DNA of 64,000 nt from Octopus vulgaris (lineage: Eukaryota), in contig OX597821.1 in the NCBI GenBank assembly GCA_951406725.2, positions 54,064,001 to 54,128,000 on the forward strand. Reading direction: 5' to 3'. Both the position numbers and the translations under genes were made by a program. A model generated the notes under the pieces. It saw nothing but the letters and a program-made list of their open reading frames with translations, was not told the origin of the DNA and made no database searches. Every line of letters starts with the position of its first letter. The first letter of the stretch is position 1. Positions 26,051 to 40,105 of the stretch are shown piece by piece.

Positions 26051-27070
26051 TAGTTTTATATACATACATACATGCATCAATGTATGTATGTATGTATGTA
26101 TGTATGTAATTATATGTGTGTGGGTATGTGTTTGTGCATCTACAAAAAGCTGTGATGTTCAGCCAGTGTTTCTGTTGCCAGTGCTGTCAACAAATCATTC
26201 CCTTGCTTCATATCTCCAAAACAATTTGGAATAAAAGATCCCTTACCTAAAGAACAGGTACGGGTTACTGTCATAAAGAGCATATGGTTGTAAACCAGTT
26301 TCTCAATAACATATTCATCAAACTCATGCAAGAATGGAAAAATGAATGAAAAACTAAGAAATGGAGGGAATAAGAAAATTACCTCATGAAAGCATCCTGT
26401 CTACTAAATATGGATGAAGTTCCTTCATTATGACATACATAACCAGTGGGAGTTAACAATACAACGATAACGAATGTATAAAGATGAGTGTGGGTTTTTC
26501 TTCAATTCATTTACAGCCTTAAACCAGAAAAAATATTTGAATAATTCTAATGCAAATTTTTTCTTCCATATTTGTTGTTGCCTTAACTTGTTGCAGAATA
26601 AAATAAATTATTAGTAACGAGAAAAGCTTTTTGTGCAGCATTCAGCTGTATCTCAGAGCTGGAAGAAGTTTCAATGTATAAATTTGCAGTGTCAATTTAT
26701 AGTATGAAGTTAATCAGATTATAAGAAATAGTAGATAAATCTCCCTCCTGCTATTTTCTACCCGCTTTTCATTATGTATTTATCAACAACTTTTATATAT
26801 GGTGCTAATACAGCTTACCATCATTTTTTCCAGTGAAAGAAACATTTTCTATGTCCTGAATTGTCTATCTGGCAAGAGATTAGGTTCATACTTTAGACCA
26901 GCAGATTATTGCACATTTATTCTGGGAACTTTCATATGACTTTGAAAAAAATTAATCAGAGAAGCTATTCCTATATTTTACCATCACTTTACCATCCTAA
27001 TTTTAAAACTATATTCAATGAAATTTTGTTTGAGAGAGGGAATATATTCAGTAAATATATATACAAACAC

Positions 27071-27320
27071 ACGTGCCGGTGGTAAGTAGAAGCACCATCC
27101 GATCATGGCCGTTTGCCAGCCTCGTCTGGTACCTGTGCCGGTGGCACATAAAAGCACCCACCACACTCACAGAGTGGTTGGCGTTAGGAAGGGCATCTAG
27201 CCGTAGAAACATTGCCAGATCAGACTGGGCCTGGTGCAGCCTTCTGGCTTCCCAGACCCCAGTTGAACCGTCCAACCCATGCTAGCATGGAAAACGGACG
27301 CTAAACGATGATGATGATGA
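27071..27320 (+). mobile_element. Young RTE-tailed repeat (family B)
   Basis: gttggcgttaggaagggcatc...ccgtccaacccatgctagcatggaaaacggacgctaaacgatgatgatg. Confidence 0.9.
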
Positions 27321-27332
27321 CACACATATATA

Positions 27333-27770
27333 CGAGGTGCATTGAAAAGGTGTCTGACTTTTATTCCCCACCCCAAAACTAATGCCGCTTAGGCAAAATC
27401 CTTTGCATGGGTGGTGATGCCACCCATCCTGCACATGTGTGAAAATTTGCATGTTGGTCGGCTATTCAGTTACTGGTTGTTATGCCTAGAGTACAGACAT
27501 GTAGTGTGCACTCGTTGGACTTTTATTTTCATGTAAGATGACCGTACACAACAAGCAGAGACTATAAACTCATATCTCATTGCCAGTCCAGCATGTACTC
27601 AGTGATTTCCATGCAGATTTTCTCACATGGAAATCACTCAGGATGTGCTGGACTGTGCAAACCATGACTCAGGCTTTATGGAGACCATCATCAATGGTAA
27701 TGGGACATGGGTTTATGGTCTCTGCTCGATGTATTCAGCCATCTTGCTTGAAAACAAAAATCCATTAAAT
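27333..27770 (+). mobile_element. Mariner fragment
   Basis: ta|cgagg terminus; relic TIINGNGTWVYG resembles the mariner IITGDETWVYGY motif. Confidence 0.55.
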
Positions 27771-28319
27771 TTCCGTCGCTATAGATAGGTATTTTCTGAA
27801 GTCAAGCAAATAACATAGAATTTTTAACCTGCAAACCATTAGATTAGCATTCTCCAACAGCAAAAGCTTTTCGCAAATTATAGTGGCACTTAACAATAGG
27901 AGACTATCTGAATTCCAGAACAAAATAAACCACTGTAAAGTAGGTAACAGAAATAATAGTAGTAATAATACACATAATGATAATACACATAAAGCGGAAA
28001 AGGTAGATAGCCAACTAAGTGAGATTTTGAATAAAACACTTATAGTCAACTACAGGGTAACACATACCAGAAGGTAAGTGGATGAGGGAAGGGAGACAGC
28101 CATTACATTTCATAACATAGCTGGTCCAGAAACAGTAAACACTAGATGAAATAAGAAGAAAAATAACATAGAAATTCGAGGTTATTGCTGAAATGGTAAC
28201 ACTAGTAGATATGCAGATAGGGAATCAGAGGAGACATCTAATTTTGGACCCAATAACATAGCTACAATAACGTCCATGTAGCTATGGTGGAAACTTAACC
28301 TATATATATATATATATCC

Positions 28320-28470
28320 TAGGGTATTAAGAAAGGTATCCAGCCATAGAAACCAAGCCAAATCAGACTGGAGTCTAGTGCAGCCCCTCAGCTTACCAGC
28401 TCTGGTTACACTGTTCATTCAACCCTTGCCAGCATGGACAATGGACTTTAAATGATGATGATGATGATGA
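28320..28470 (+). mobile_element. RTE-tailed repeat (family B), truncated
   Basis: aaggtatccagccatagaaacc...cagcatggacaatggactttaaatgatgatg. Confidence 0.75.
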
Positions 28471-28529
28471 TATATATATATATGTATATGTATATCACAT
28501 GATTGACCAGATTATCAGATGTTGTTACA

Positions 28530-29012
28530 TTGGGTCATCCTATAAATATGAATGGTTGAATGTCCAAATCCAAGCTTCTCTGCTTGTTCCTTGACAGTTA
28601 CAATAGGATTTTGTTCCACCAGGTTTTGCAGATCTTCCAGGATGAGGCTCATCTTCTAGGCTGTAGTTTCTGGCTCGAAATTTCTGGAACCACCATTGAC
28701 ACTGGCTTAAGCTTATTGTCCAATCCCCATATACTGCATTAATATTACTCGTACTTTCTGTTGCCTTGTTGTTTTTATTGAATTCATAACGCAAAATATG
28801 CAAAACACATTCCTTTGTCACTTCCACTATAACTGTGAGAAAATAACTGTTAAAATTGAACTGCACTCTTCAAAACTTGCACTACAAATAAGCACAAGGT
28901 AAAATTACTACTTGCTTTTATAGCAAGTTGATTCAGGTAGTTTATCTCATCCTCTTCCAACTTTTAGTTCATGCAATCGAAAAAAAACTGCATTATTTAT
29001 GGGATGACCCAA
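28530..29012 (-). mobile_element. Internally deleted mariner element
   Basis: TIRs ttgggtcatcctataaata / tatttatgggatgacccaa|ta; N-terminal HTH relic HILRYEFNKNNKATES..INAVYG..QWWFQKFRARNYSLEDEPHPGRS. Confidence 0.9.
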
Positions 29013-30999
29013 TACATCAATACACTGCTGATCACAATGCATTTTGCATCATTTTAGTTTTTTGAATGTTAGCACTTGGAAAGGACATCCAGCCATAACA
29101 AAAAACCTGCCAAAGTTGACACCAGAGCTTGATGCAGCCCTGTGGTTAGTTGGATCCTCTCAAACTATCCAACCCATTCCAGCATGGAAAACAAATATTA
29201 GGTGGTGGTTGGTGGTATATAAGTTATTATTTTGATATCGATCAATATCATTTGTTTGTAAACTAAATTTTTATTAAATTTAATTAAAGTACACTTTATA
29301 CAGAACCCACAATATTTTCTCAAGATCTAGGAGTTCCTTGGAACTTATTTTGAGATACACTACCCCAGACAACAAACCAAAATCATTCCATTTCTACTGA
29401 CCTGAATTTAATGATGACAAATGATTTTTCCTTCGCATTATAAATATATTTGACTGAGATTTCTTGGCAGTATTTTGATCACTTGCAGAATATTCAAATG
29501 TTTACTTTACATTACATCTTAGCACACCCTTGTTAAAAGCAAAGTTATTTATTGTTTGTTAACAGTTTCTTGTATTCTGCATTCCAGCAAATGTAGGATT
29601 TGTTAAATATCTTTCCTGGTTCCTACATGTCTCTGGCTACAGATGTCAATGTCGTAGTTGACATCTTCAGTTTCCTTTACGTCCAAATGTTGTTGATGCA
29701 AGCAGATTTATTGAATTAGGAAAGACAGCCATTATATTGAGTTTTATCCACCTTGAGACTTCTCACAATATTGCAGTGTCCTGAAAAGTTCTGGTATTGT
29801 CAAACTAGCATTTTCAACATTGAAACATTTCCTTTCAATATTTCAGGAGAGACACTTAAGTTGGCACTTTAGAGTTTTCTATCTGTAAGAGGCATGATCT
29901 TTCATCCTGGTGAAATTATTGCCATCATGGTGCTTTGCTCTAGATTTTCATGATATCTTAATACAAAGCAAAGTTGTTGTTTTTTTAAATAGAATCCTCT
30001 ACATGGTATGATAAGGGATTTTATGTAAGTATCTCTCTTATGCAGCTAAAACACTACCACAATTTATTACCTTTCACACCCTCCTTTCATAACTCACACA
30101 TGAAACTGCCTTTTCTACCAACTATTACTCTGAAGCAATAAAATACTAGCGTGTGTGTGTGTGAGGGAAAGAGAGTTGGCTGTATTGTTACTTGACCATT
30201 CTTTCGCCATGTCAGCTGATTTCAATGCATATCACTAATCTCAGATAGCTTCTACATGGTTATGCAACCTACTAGAAATAAGTCAAATCTCCTTCAAATC
30301 ACTCTCTTCTATGTTGAAAGGGGATATCACTGGACAATGCAGTTTCTCTTTAAAAAAGATGGGTAACCATTGGCTAGAATGCTTTTCATCATAACTGCTT
30401 GATCAGGGCTAATCAGAGTCTCCTCCTCCTCTCTTCCTTCTCCTCCACCTCACCACCACCACAACAACAATAACAACAACAATGGCAGCAATTTTATTAT
30501 TTTTAAATCACACCCTATCCTTGTAAATTAGACACTAACGTTTCTCCTGATATTTTTTCTGCTCTAATTGAAATTCACAAAAGTATAATTTGCTTTATTG
30601 TCACACAACTCCATTTTTATTAAACAACACCAATACAAAAACCTATTACTCTAATTTCTATATTTAGTAGAACACTAAACTATATTTATTGCGATATTTA
30701 TAACTGTCATTTTTTCCAAATTATACTTGGTGAAACTTTATTTTTCTGGCTAGTGTCAATAAAATCAGCAATTTTAATAAAGTGGAGTTCATTCAGTCAA
30801 TTATATTATTCTGGCAAAACAATTAGTACTTTTCTAACTTAATTAAGACATGAATGGAGTGATATTAAAGTTAATCAACACAAAATGAAAAAAAGATAGT
30901 GACAATTTGAGATTAAACACATTTCTTAACTGTTTTTTCTTAGACTGCTTCTCACTAGAATTCTCACACCATGCATATTTTCATATGAACATCAGTAAT

Positions 31000-31220
31000 A
31001 TTGGTTTCAAATGTTGGCACAAGGCCAGCAATTTCATGGGATGAGGTTAGTTGATTACATCAACTCCAATGCTCAACTGTTATTTAGTTTTTATTAACCC
31101 CGAAATGATGGAAGGCAAAGTCGGTGTCAGCAGAATTTGAACTCAGAACTTAAAGATAGATGTAATACCACTAAGCATTTAGCCTGGCATGGTAATGATT
31201 CTGCCAGACTACCACCTTAA
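31000..31220 (-). mobile_element. tRNA-like SINE (family C)
   Basis: ccccgaaatgatggaaggcaaagtcgg..agaatttgaactcagaac..aatgattctgccagactaccacctt; same family as 54533. Further decayed copies at about 140, 3040, 36720, 46480, 47260, 56240, 56930 (+) and 58090. Confidence 0.75.
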
Positions 31221-31789
31221 AACATCTGTAATATTGGGATTACCAATGTGGGATGACCTACAAAGGCCAAGGAATTATACCTCCTCCTGTGAATAATTAA
31301 TATAAGGAATTATTTCTGTGGGGTAAAACTAAACATTCTTCACTTAGATTGCTCTCCTATTGTTTCTACAAACCACAGTCTTCAGCAATAACAATTATGA
31401 GATGAGGGAGCCACTAGCTGGTGGTTTGACTTTCTTGAAATAAAAATTATATTTCCTTCAAATCACATTTTACCAACTCATAGTAGGACATATTAGACAA
31501 GGTAGTCATAGATGCAAAGAATTGATAAAAGGAACAAGATGATCACAGCTAGAGCACACTTAATCATATGTCTTTTTGGATCAGCAGTGATCTGGAGTTA
31601 AACAACAGAATCAGTAATACTAGCAATGCTACCACTAATTATTAAGAAAGCTGATATTGTGCAAACTGCATTGATATGTCACTTGCTTGTTTGCTAAAGT
31701 AAAATGACAGAAGACCAAAATACGTAATGCATTGCTGCACTTGAGAAGATCAATCCACCACGATAGAATTCAGATCTTAAAACCCAAAG

Positions 31790-32050
31790 TGTCATGTAAA
31801 AAGCATGGGTGCTGGTTCCATTTAAAAAGTACTGGTGCCACATGAAAACCACTGGTGATGGTGCCATGTAAAAAGCACCTAGCACACTCTGTAGGGTGGT
31901 TGACGTTGTGAAGGGCATCCAGCCATAAAAACTGAGCTATAACAGACTATGGGACCTGCTGTGGCCCCTAGCCTTGACAGATCCTGCCATGCCATCCAAC
32001 CCATGCCAGCATAGAAAACAGAAGTCAAATGTTGATGATCATGATGATAA
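31790..32050 (+). mobile_element. RTE-tailed repeat (family B)
   Basis: Tandem ggtgccatgtaaaaagcacc units, then gaagggcatccagcc..ccaacccatgccagcatagaaaacag..(gat)n. Confidence 0.8.
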
Positions 32051-32492
32051 TTTACAGGAAATAGCTGATGCATTTTATTGTGGTACCAACAAGATATTGC
32101 CTGTTCCATGTTGACTCTGTTTGTCCAGAGGTAGGGGTGAGAGAGAGCATTTGCAGATGATGTACTAGAAGGAAAGGAAGAATAAAAAATAAGACCAGGA
32201 AAACAAAGTGACAGAGTTTATATTAAGATAGAGAAGAAAGGAATGAGAGAAACAATGCTACAGATGTGATAAAATTGAGAAAAATCATTTTCTGTTTTTG
32301 CTTTTTCTAGAACAGTTTCAAGGGGGCAGATTTACCAGATAGAATGCTTCACACTATTTCTTCCAGCTTTCAGAAGTCTGAATTAAATCCCAATGAAGTA
32401 CACTTTAGTTTTCATCATTACAGGGTTGATAAATAAACTACAAATGAAGTACTTGGAGTGATTCAGCCTTTTCTCTCTCATGGGCTCTCTTG

Positions 32493-32528
<36 letters not shown>

Positions 32529-32534
32529 TGCACA

Positions 32535-32569
<35 letters not shown>

Positions 32570-32702
32570 CATGCACACACACACACACACATACAGATAG
32601 CTAGGGAGAGCTATAAGGTGTCCTATAAAAATTCATAAACATATGTAACAGGAAATACTTATATATTCCTCAATGAATATTTCATAATAAATACATACAT
32701 AA

Positions 32703-32766
32703 CTTGCTAAGGATGCCACCAGAGGTGGGTTATTGCTCTGATGGCAGAAAGGGAAAGTCAAAGATT
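32703..32766 (+). ncRNA. Degenerate hammerhead ribozyme relic
   Basis: cttg-CTAAGGA-tgccaccagag[11 nt]ctctgatggca-GAAA-gggaaa-GTC-aaag: core differs by 1 nt from CTGAGGA; strong stem II. Confidence 0.45.
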
Positions 32767-33239
32767 TTCTTCTCCCTTGAATTCATCGATTCTAATACTC
32801 ACAAAGCATAACCAAAGAGAGCATCTTTAAATGGTCATTCTAACTGCTAGAATAGCAACTAAATTCCCTTAAATCATGTCCAACCATCTTCAAAAAGGAA
32901 GAACTGATCTTTTATTACCCACAAGGGGCTATACATAGAGTGGGGTGTTTCTTTTTTTTTTGTTTCTGACAAAAAAATTGGCTTGAAAAGACAAGTAATG
33001 TCTTCATATATCGATAAGATGGGGAAAGAATTTTTAAGTCATCACCGTCATCTTGAAAAAGGAAGGACATATACTTTTAGGTATACCAAAAGACAAAATG
33101 GTCCCTAATGGAATATTTTTGGTCATAGATTTACTCATTTGGGATGGTGCTAAACAACAATAACAACATTCTCAAATATATCTCACTTTTTGTTGCCTGC
33201 CTCTTGCCCACTGTTTCCCATCTCCAGAATTCAAATTAA

Positions 33240-33384
33240 GGTGTTATGAAGGGCATCCAGCTGTAGAAACTCTGCCAGATCAGATTGGGGCCTGGCGCAG
33301 CCATCTGGTTCACCAGTCCTCAGTCAAATCGTCCAACCCATGCTAACATGGAAGGCAAACGTTAAATGATGATGATGATGATGA
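33240..33384 (+). mobile_element. RTE-tailed repeat (family B), truncated
   Basis: gaagggcatccagctgtagaaactctgccagatcaga..gtccaacccatgctaacatgg..gttaaatgatgatg. Confidence 0.85.
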
Positions 33385-34449
33385 GTTCTTTATCCAAGCT
33401 CCTGCTCTGATTCTATACTAGAGGATTTCCTGTCAGATTTTGCTTGGTTCATCCCAACTTTGTAGTCCAAGAAGACCAAAGAAGCTAGAAGCACACTTTC
33501 AAGCTTTCCTGTCTCTTTCAGAGATTAATAAACTTATACCCATTATTAATCTAAGACAGAGTCCTTATATAATCTTCATGCATTTTTAAGTTTGCGTAAC
33601 TTTAGATGGAATTTGTGAAAAAAATTAGTTGAAATATTTTTCATTCTTTTGTTTTTTGATGCTGTTGTTTGAGTAAGATAGATGCTACAGGCTTTTACAT
33701 GAAGAATTCTCTCATATGTAGTGCTAATGTTAGAAAAATGCTTAATTTGAAGCAGAACAAAGACTTCATTTATAATGACACTGTATATTTGAACTGTTGA
33801 GGCAGCTAGCCAATAGCAGAGATGTTCAGAAAATTGTTCTTAAACAAAGCACTGAATTTCCCTTACGTTGCAATATAAAAGAAGTTTCTAAATAAGTAGC
33901 CAGCAACATTATTAGTTATTGGCAATAGTTGTCTTTGCAAATATAAGGACTGCATTGATTCTTTAACTTTTGGAATAGCTGATATTGCAAGAGAAAATTA
34001 ATTTTCTTTTATATATTTTTTCATGTGTAATACTATTTTTTGCTTTCTATTTTCGTGGCTTAATCAAGATAAAAAGAAACGCTCCATTTCCTATATGCAG
34101 TATTACTAGTATTTTTTGCTAACATTCTGGATTTAAGCACATTGATGCAACCATACATGTGTCCACTTCAGATGCATGTATAACATAGATATATGAATAT
34201 ATAAGACTTTCATACACATAATATAATCTTCAGCATCACTTTTATTACTAATAACAGCAACAACATTATAATCCTCAGCAATTCTTCTATGGCGACATGG
34301 CTAAGATAATATATGTATGCAAATAAAATGAGATAGTAGATAGTTAAAAACATTGCTTGACAAAATCTCCATCATCCTACGTTGAAATTCACAAAGGAAA
34401 GAAGCTAAAAGGTTAACTAAGGAAGTTTTATTAGCAGCAAATATATATA

Positions 34450-35001
34450 GGCACAGGAGTGGCTGTGTGGTTAAGTAGCTAGCTTAATAGCCACATGGTT
34501 CTAGGTTCACTCCCACTGCGTGGCACCTTGGGTAAGTATCTTCTACTATAGCCTCGGGCCAACCACTCCAAGAGTGTAGTGGGTGCTTTTATGCGCCACC
34601 TGCACGGGGCCAGTCAGGCTATACTGGCAACGATCTTGTTTGAATCTATTACACATGCCATCGGCACAGGTGCCAATAAGGCGATGCTGGTAACGATCAT
34701 GCCCGAATGGTGTCTTTTACGTGCCATATATATATATGTATATATATATATATGTAATGTATGTGTGTATATGTTTGTGCGTCTGTGATTGTGTGTCTGT
34801 GTTTGTCCTCCCAACATCACTTGACAACAGATGGTGGTGTGTTTATGTCCCTGTAACTTAGCAGTTTGGTAAAATAGACCGATAGAATAAGTACTAGGCT
34901 TCCAAAGAATAAGTCCTGGGGTCGATTTGCTCAAGTAAAGGTGGTGCTCCAGCATGGCCACAGTCAAATGACTGAAACAAGTAAAAGAGTAAAGAGTAAA
35001 G
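34450..35001 (+). mobile_element. Family A SINE with its central segment replaced by family B sequence (34563-34726)
   Basis: Canonical head and tail; after gcctcgggccaacca the sequence switches to ctccaagagtgtagtgggtgctttt (family B, minus strand). Confidence 0.85.
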
Positions 35002-37284
35002 CGTATCCCAAGTGAAGTGAAATATGATAGTGATCTGGAGTTAACAATTAAACAAAGTAAAATCTAGCAATTTGGTTACACGATCATACAAAATCTGTTA
35101 CAATATCATTCTCATATTTACAACAAATGAATGCCACTTCCATGATTTTTTCTGATAATGTACTTGAGAAAATTTGTGTGCATGTGCGTGTGTGTGTGTG
35201 TGTTTGTATGTGTGTGTGTCACAATGAAGTCAATTCAATGTTGAGCACTAAGAGGTAATTTTTATCTCATAAGATAGTTTTATCCAGTTAGATATAAAAT
35301 GTAGCTGTTTTACAGTACATTAATCTGTTCCTGTAATTTTGTGTTGTGTGTGTGTGTGTCTGTGAAATTTATATGCATATTTGTCTTTTTGTATATGTAC
35401 ATATGTATACAGAAAAGGAGAGAGAGAGAGAGAGAAATGGAGAAACATACACAGACTGTAAATCTCAAAAATATTTACATATATATTAGCAGAAATCACA
35501 CAGATGCACCAATGAATTAGATATACACACAAACACAGATAACTCTCTTGCTCTTATGAACCAACAGTTATATTCACATTGTTAGAACTGGTACATAGAG
35601 AAACATATATGGGTGCTTACATGTGCACACATTTTGATAAAAGTTGCTAAAAAAATGGAAATTTGTGACTGTAAAGTTAAGAAAAATTTGCACATACGAT
35701 GGGAATGAACCTACTTGTTTGTTATTTTGATGATTATTATTTCACTTATGCTGTAGGGCATTGTGATCAAGTACTTGCCAAACAATATCACAACCTAGAT
35801 GGTCATTAAGATTTCCTTAATAACCATATAGCCTACAGTATCCAATTACATTTCAATATGAATACAAATCTAATCAAATATGAATGAAATATAGATTTGA
35901 GTGCACTTTCATAATCATAATGATCATCATCCTTTTAATATTCACTTTCTATCTGAATGCACTTTGTGCATTCATATTTGAGTGCACTTCTGTCTTTGTG
36001 AATTCCAATTAGTGTACTTTTTTAAAAATGAGTTCTATATTCTTAATAATTTATTAATTATGAAAGATGTCTTAAGAACAGAGGGTAAAAGAAGAAAAAG
36101 GATAAGAACCTAAAGGAATGTGAATTCTGATTTACGAAGTAACACCTGGTTTTGTGGAATGTCTAAGTTCCAGCATAAAACTTCATTCTGAATTAATAAC
36201 TGATAATTGACTGAATCATGTTGGTTCCTTTGTTAAGGTGACATATTCCTGACCCTTAAGTCAGCTTCCATGTACTATAATAGATGATAACAAAATTCTT
36301 AATTCTGATAACTTAAAGTTTTCTTTCTGACTAACAGATGACAATTAATTACGCGTATGTTTCCTTATCCATAATGTACAAATACAAAGATATTTAATTC
36401 AATCATAAAAAAAAATTAACATTCAAGAAATTACCAAAACTTGCAAAAAATAAATCATTCCTCCCTTTTTTAATGTACCTCTCATTTTAATTGAAATAAT
36501 GATCTTAGACATATGATCTTTTATTGTATGTTAAATGAAATTATTAAAGCAATTTCAATTCTTGATTAAAATTTGTTCATTTTATTGTAGTTGTTAAAGA
36601 AGTATCTTTCTGGAAAATCAATGACATGTAAAAATAATTTTTGTTTCTTAGCATATCATGTGATTAGTGAAAAGAAATTAATAGTTTTAAATGATTGATT
36701 TTTGATATAGGTATAGGTTTGGCACTGGTTAGTACATATAAGTGGTTCATTAAGTTACTGATCCAGTTAGGATAAAACAAAGAGGAAAGCAAAGTTGACT
36801 TTGGCAGAATTTGAATTCAAAATGCAGAGAGCTCCAGTTAAACTAAGGAAAACATTCTGTTCAATGCTGTAACAATTCTGCTGATCTAGCACCCTTGTTT
36901 ACTAATTTTTGATGATTTATCAAGCTCTTAAATTGTTCTTAATTGTTAAATTCAGTATGAATTATAAATAACTTAATGATCAGCAGAATCATTACAACAT
37001 CAGACAATATAAGTTCCATTATTGACTCTAGCTCTTTATGTTCTGCAATTAAGTCTTGTAAGGGTGAACTGTGGCTTTCATCTCTTTGGAGTTGATAAAA
37101 TAAAATATTATCTTGTAAAAGTAACATCTGATTTTTAAAGAAAAATGGGTAATTGTGTTGTATAGTATCCTAAGGATAATATCTAATTCAGGCTAACTGG
37201 GAATAGGCCATAGATTTAAGTTCCATACCAACTGTTTACACAGGTAGAGTAGAATAGTTAGTGGGCTGTTATGTAGATAGATGT

Positions 37285-37796
37285 ATGTGTGTGTAGGGGT
37301 GTGCGTGTGTATGCACATGTATGTAAGTATATGGATATGAAAATAAACAGATCAACATACAGACGGATAGGTACATAGGTTATAAGAACAGACAAGCACA
37401 CATATGCAAATGGAATCTGAAACACATGACCACATATACACACACACTTTACTCCAGACAAGGACACATATGGAGACACGGATCCACACATATAGAGATG
37501 CAAATCCATACATACAAACATGGTATATAGTTGCAAAACACACACACATACACAAAGAGGCAGAGGTGCATACATATACAAACAAGCGCTCACACACACA
37601 CATACATAAAAAATACACAAACACAGACATGCAAGCACATGAATATGCAGAATGCGTACATACAGATGCACACACATACATACATATCTACATATACATA
37701 CACACACATGTATACATACACACACATGAATACATACACACACATATATACATACACACACATGCATACATACACACACATGCATACATACATACA

Positions 37797-37827
<31 letters not shown>

Positions 37828-37880
37828 GTACATGAATGCATAGGCACACACACACACACACCCACACACATGCACACAAA
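37285..37880. repeat. Degenerate (CA)/(CATA)n satellite tract
   Basis: Direct read; source of the 209/168/143-aa low-complexity ORFs. Confidence 0.9.
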
Positions 37881-39769
37881 CAAACAAAAAGGAACGCAGT
37901 GTAAATAATGGACAGAGTCAAGACTATTGAAAAGGTTGCAAGACGCAACGAAAATTTTAGGAAAATAAAAATAAGAAATAAGTGGAAATTTTACCGGTGA
38001 GTGTATTAAATTATAAGGCACAAAAAGAAAATGACTCTCCCCAAACACAACAGAATATAATTCAGGGGGTATGTTGAAATAAAGTTGTGATATCAAATGC
38101 TGACTATATTAATATAATTATGAACTGAAATAAAAATTACATTTGCAATGAGAAGCCTTTACTTCACAATTTCTCATTGTTCGATTATTGCCAAAAGATA
38201 TGTTTAAAAATTAAAGACATTGTACTATGCAAGAATTCCCATGGCTTATGTGTGTGTGGAAATCTATTGAACTATTGTTTAAATAGTGAAAGCGCTTCAA
38301 ATTTAACAAAAGCAAGCATTTAACCTCTAGGTATTATTAAAAGTAAAATTCAACCAAGTAAATGTACATACATGTGCAGACACTCATATATTGTGTGTGT
38401 GTATTTATGTGTCTATGTATGTGTGTGTGTGTATTATATATATATATATATATGTATATATATAATGCAAAGCATACACTTCTCTTTCTCATGTAATATT
38501 AACTTGATTATGTTCTTTTGCTTTGCACAGCTAAAAGGCGACACCAAAAATAAAAAAAAATTAATTCTCAATAAATCATTGGATCATTTTTGATGGCAAA
38601 TTTTGCAGTATTGACTTGACTTGCTTCAATATTTTTTAACTCTGTTGCACCATCATGCTTTTTCTTTTAATGCAACATATGCATACAGCATATGTGTGTT
38701 TATACACATATATACTCAGTCACATATATATATATACGTATGAATATATATGATATATATATGTCTATGTATGATACATATATATGTATATATATGTGTG
38801 TGTGTATGCATATATATATATATATGCATGTAGACTAGAATAGTTTTAAAATCTTTACTCTTTGCTCTTCTAGTAAAGACTTTTAAAAAACTATCTTTAA
38901 AAAATTACAAAATATTTTCTTAATGTTACTTTGAGCAGGATTTGCAATTCTAATTCCTTTAGGTAAGACTTTAAAAAAAAAGCCTTGTTTTTATATATTT
39001 AAGCAATTTTTAAAAAGTATTTTGGTGTTTATATGTTATTGCACAAGTGAACATTATGTTGGTGATTTTCTTATAGGAAGGGCAGTTTTTTTTACTATTT
39101 TTAAAATATTTCTTTGTAAGTACTTACAGGTGTTCCTTAATCCTTGAATGTCAATTTACTCACGGAAGACAGTAAATAAATCATGCAAAATTACTGACGT
39201 AATCAAGACAGATTTTTCTGGTTTTAGACTGTTTTATATTGTCTCTGTTGATTCAAAACAAAATTTCCCAAGACTTACAAAATAATTTGTGGTGGAAAGT
39301 AACAGCAGTTCATGAAACTGTGTTAAGAATTCATGCACAATTTTTAAAAAAATATCTACAAAAGAAATGCAAAAATAATGCATTAATTAAATCCTTGTAA
39401 TTTCCATCTTATCTCATTTAGTACAGAAGCTAATTTCAAAGCTAATTTCTTGAAAGATTTTTTTGTATCATACTTTTAACTCCAAGCAAGGATATTTAGG
39501 AAGGGTCTTAGAAAATTGAATAGTTTTCCATAAATTATTGAAGAAATACTTTTACAACAAGATTACTTTGGTGATGCCAACCACTTTACTTTAAACTAGC
39601 ACTAATAATCAGATTCTGCTAGCTAGAAAGGGAGAGATTAATAAATATCTTGCCCAAGGAAGCAATATATCAGCAACAATGTTTTATCTGCCATATCTTG
39701 ATATTGCGTTTAATCCACCAGGTTATACTTTATATATGTAATAATTATCAATAAATCATATATATATAT

Positions 39770-39800
39770 ATAGATAGATAGATAAATAGATAGATAGATG

Positions 39801-39885
<85 letters not shown>
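39770..39885. repeat. (GATA)n microsatellite
   Basis: Direct read. Confidence 0.95.
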
Positions 39886-39888
39886 GTA

Positions 39889-40105
39889 TCTTTTATTTGT
39901 TTCAGTCATTTGACTGTGGTCATGTTGGGACAGTGCCTTGGAGAGCTTTTTAGTCAAATTGACCTGAGGACTTATTTTTAAAGCCTAGTGTTTATTTCAT
40001 TGGTATCTTTTGCCAAAACCACCAAGTTAAGAGGGCATAAACACACTAACACCAGTTGTCAAGCAGTGGTGAGGGGACAAACACAGACACAAAGTAGAAA
40101 GACAT
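39889..40105 (-). mobile_element. Family A SINE 3' part (split by the LTR element)
   Basis: ttgtttcagtcatttgactgtggtcatg..ggggacaaacacagacacaa-agtagaaagacat; the SINE resumes at 43107. Confidence 0.8.

Noticed and set aside
29540-29960. Complex unique sequence, possible exon
   Set aside because: No open frame of useful length on either strand.
37258-38096. Longest ORFs in the track (209, 168, 143 aa)
   Set aside because: Translations of (CA)/(CATA) repeats that lack stops by composition; the same applies to ORFs at 8287, 17224, 52975, 60173 and 60954.
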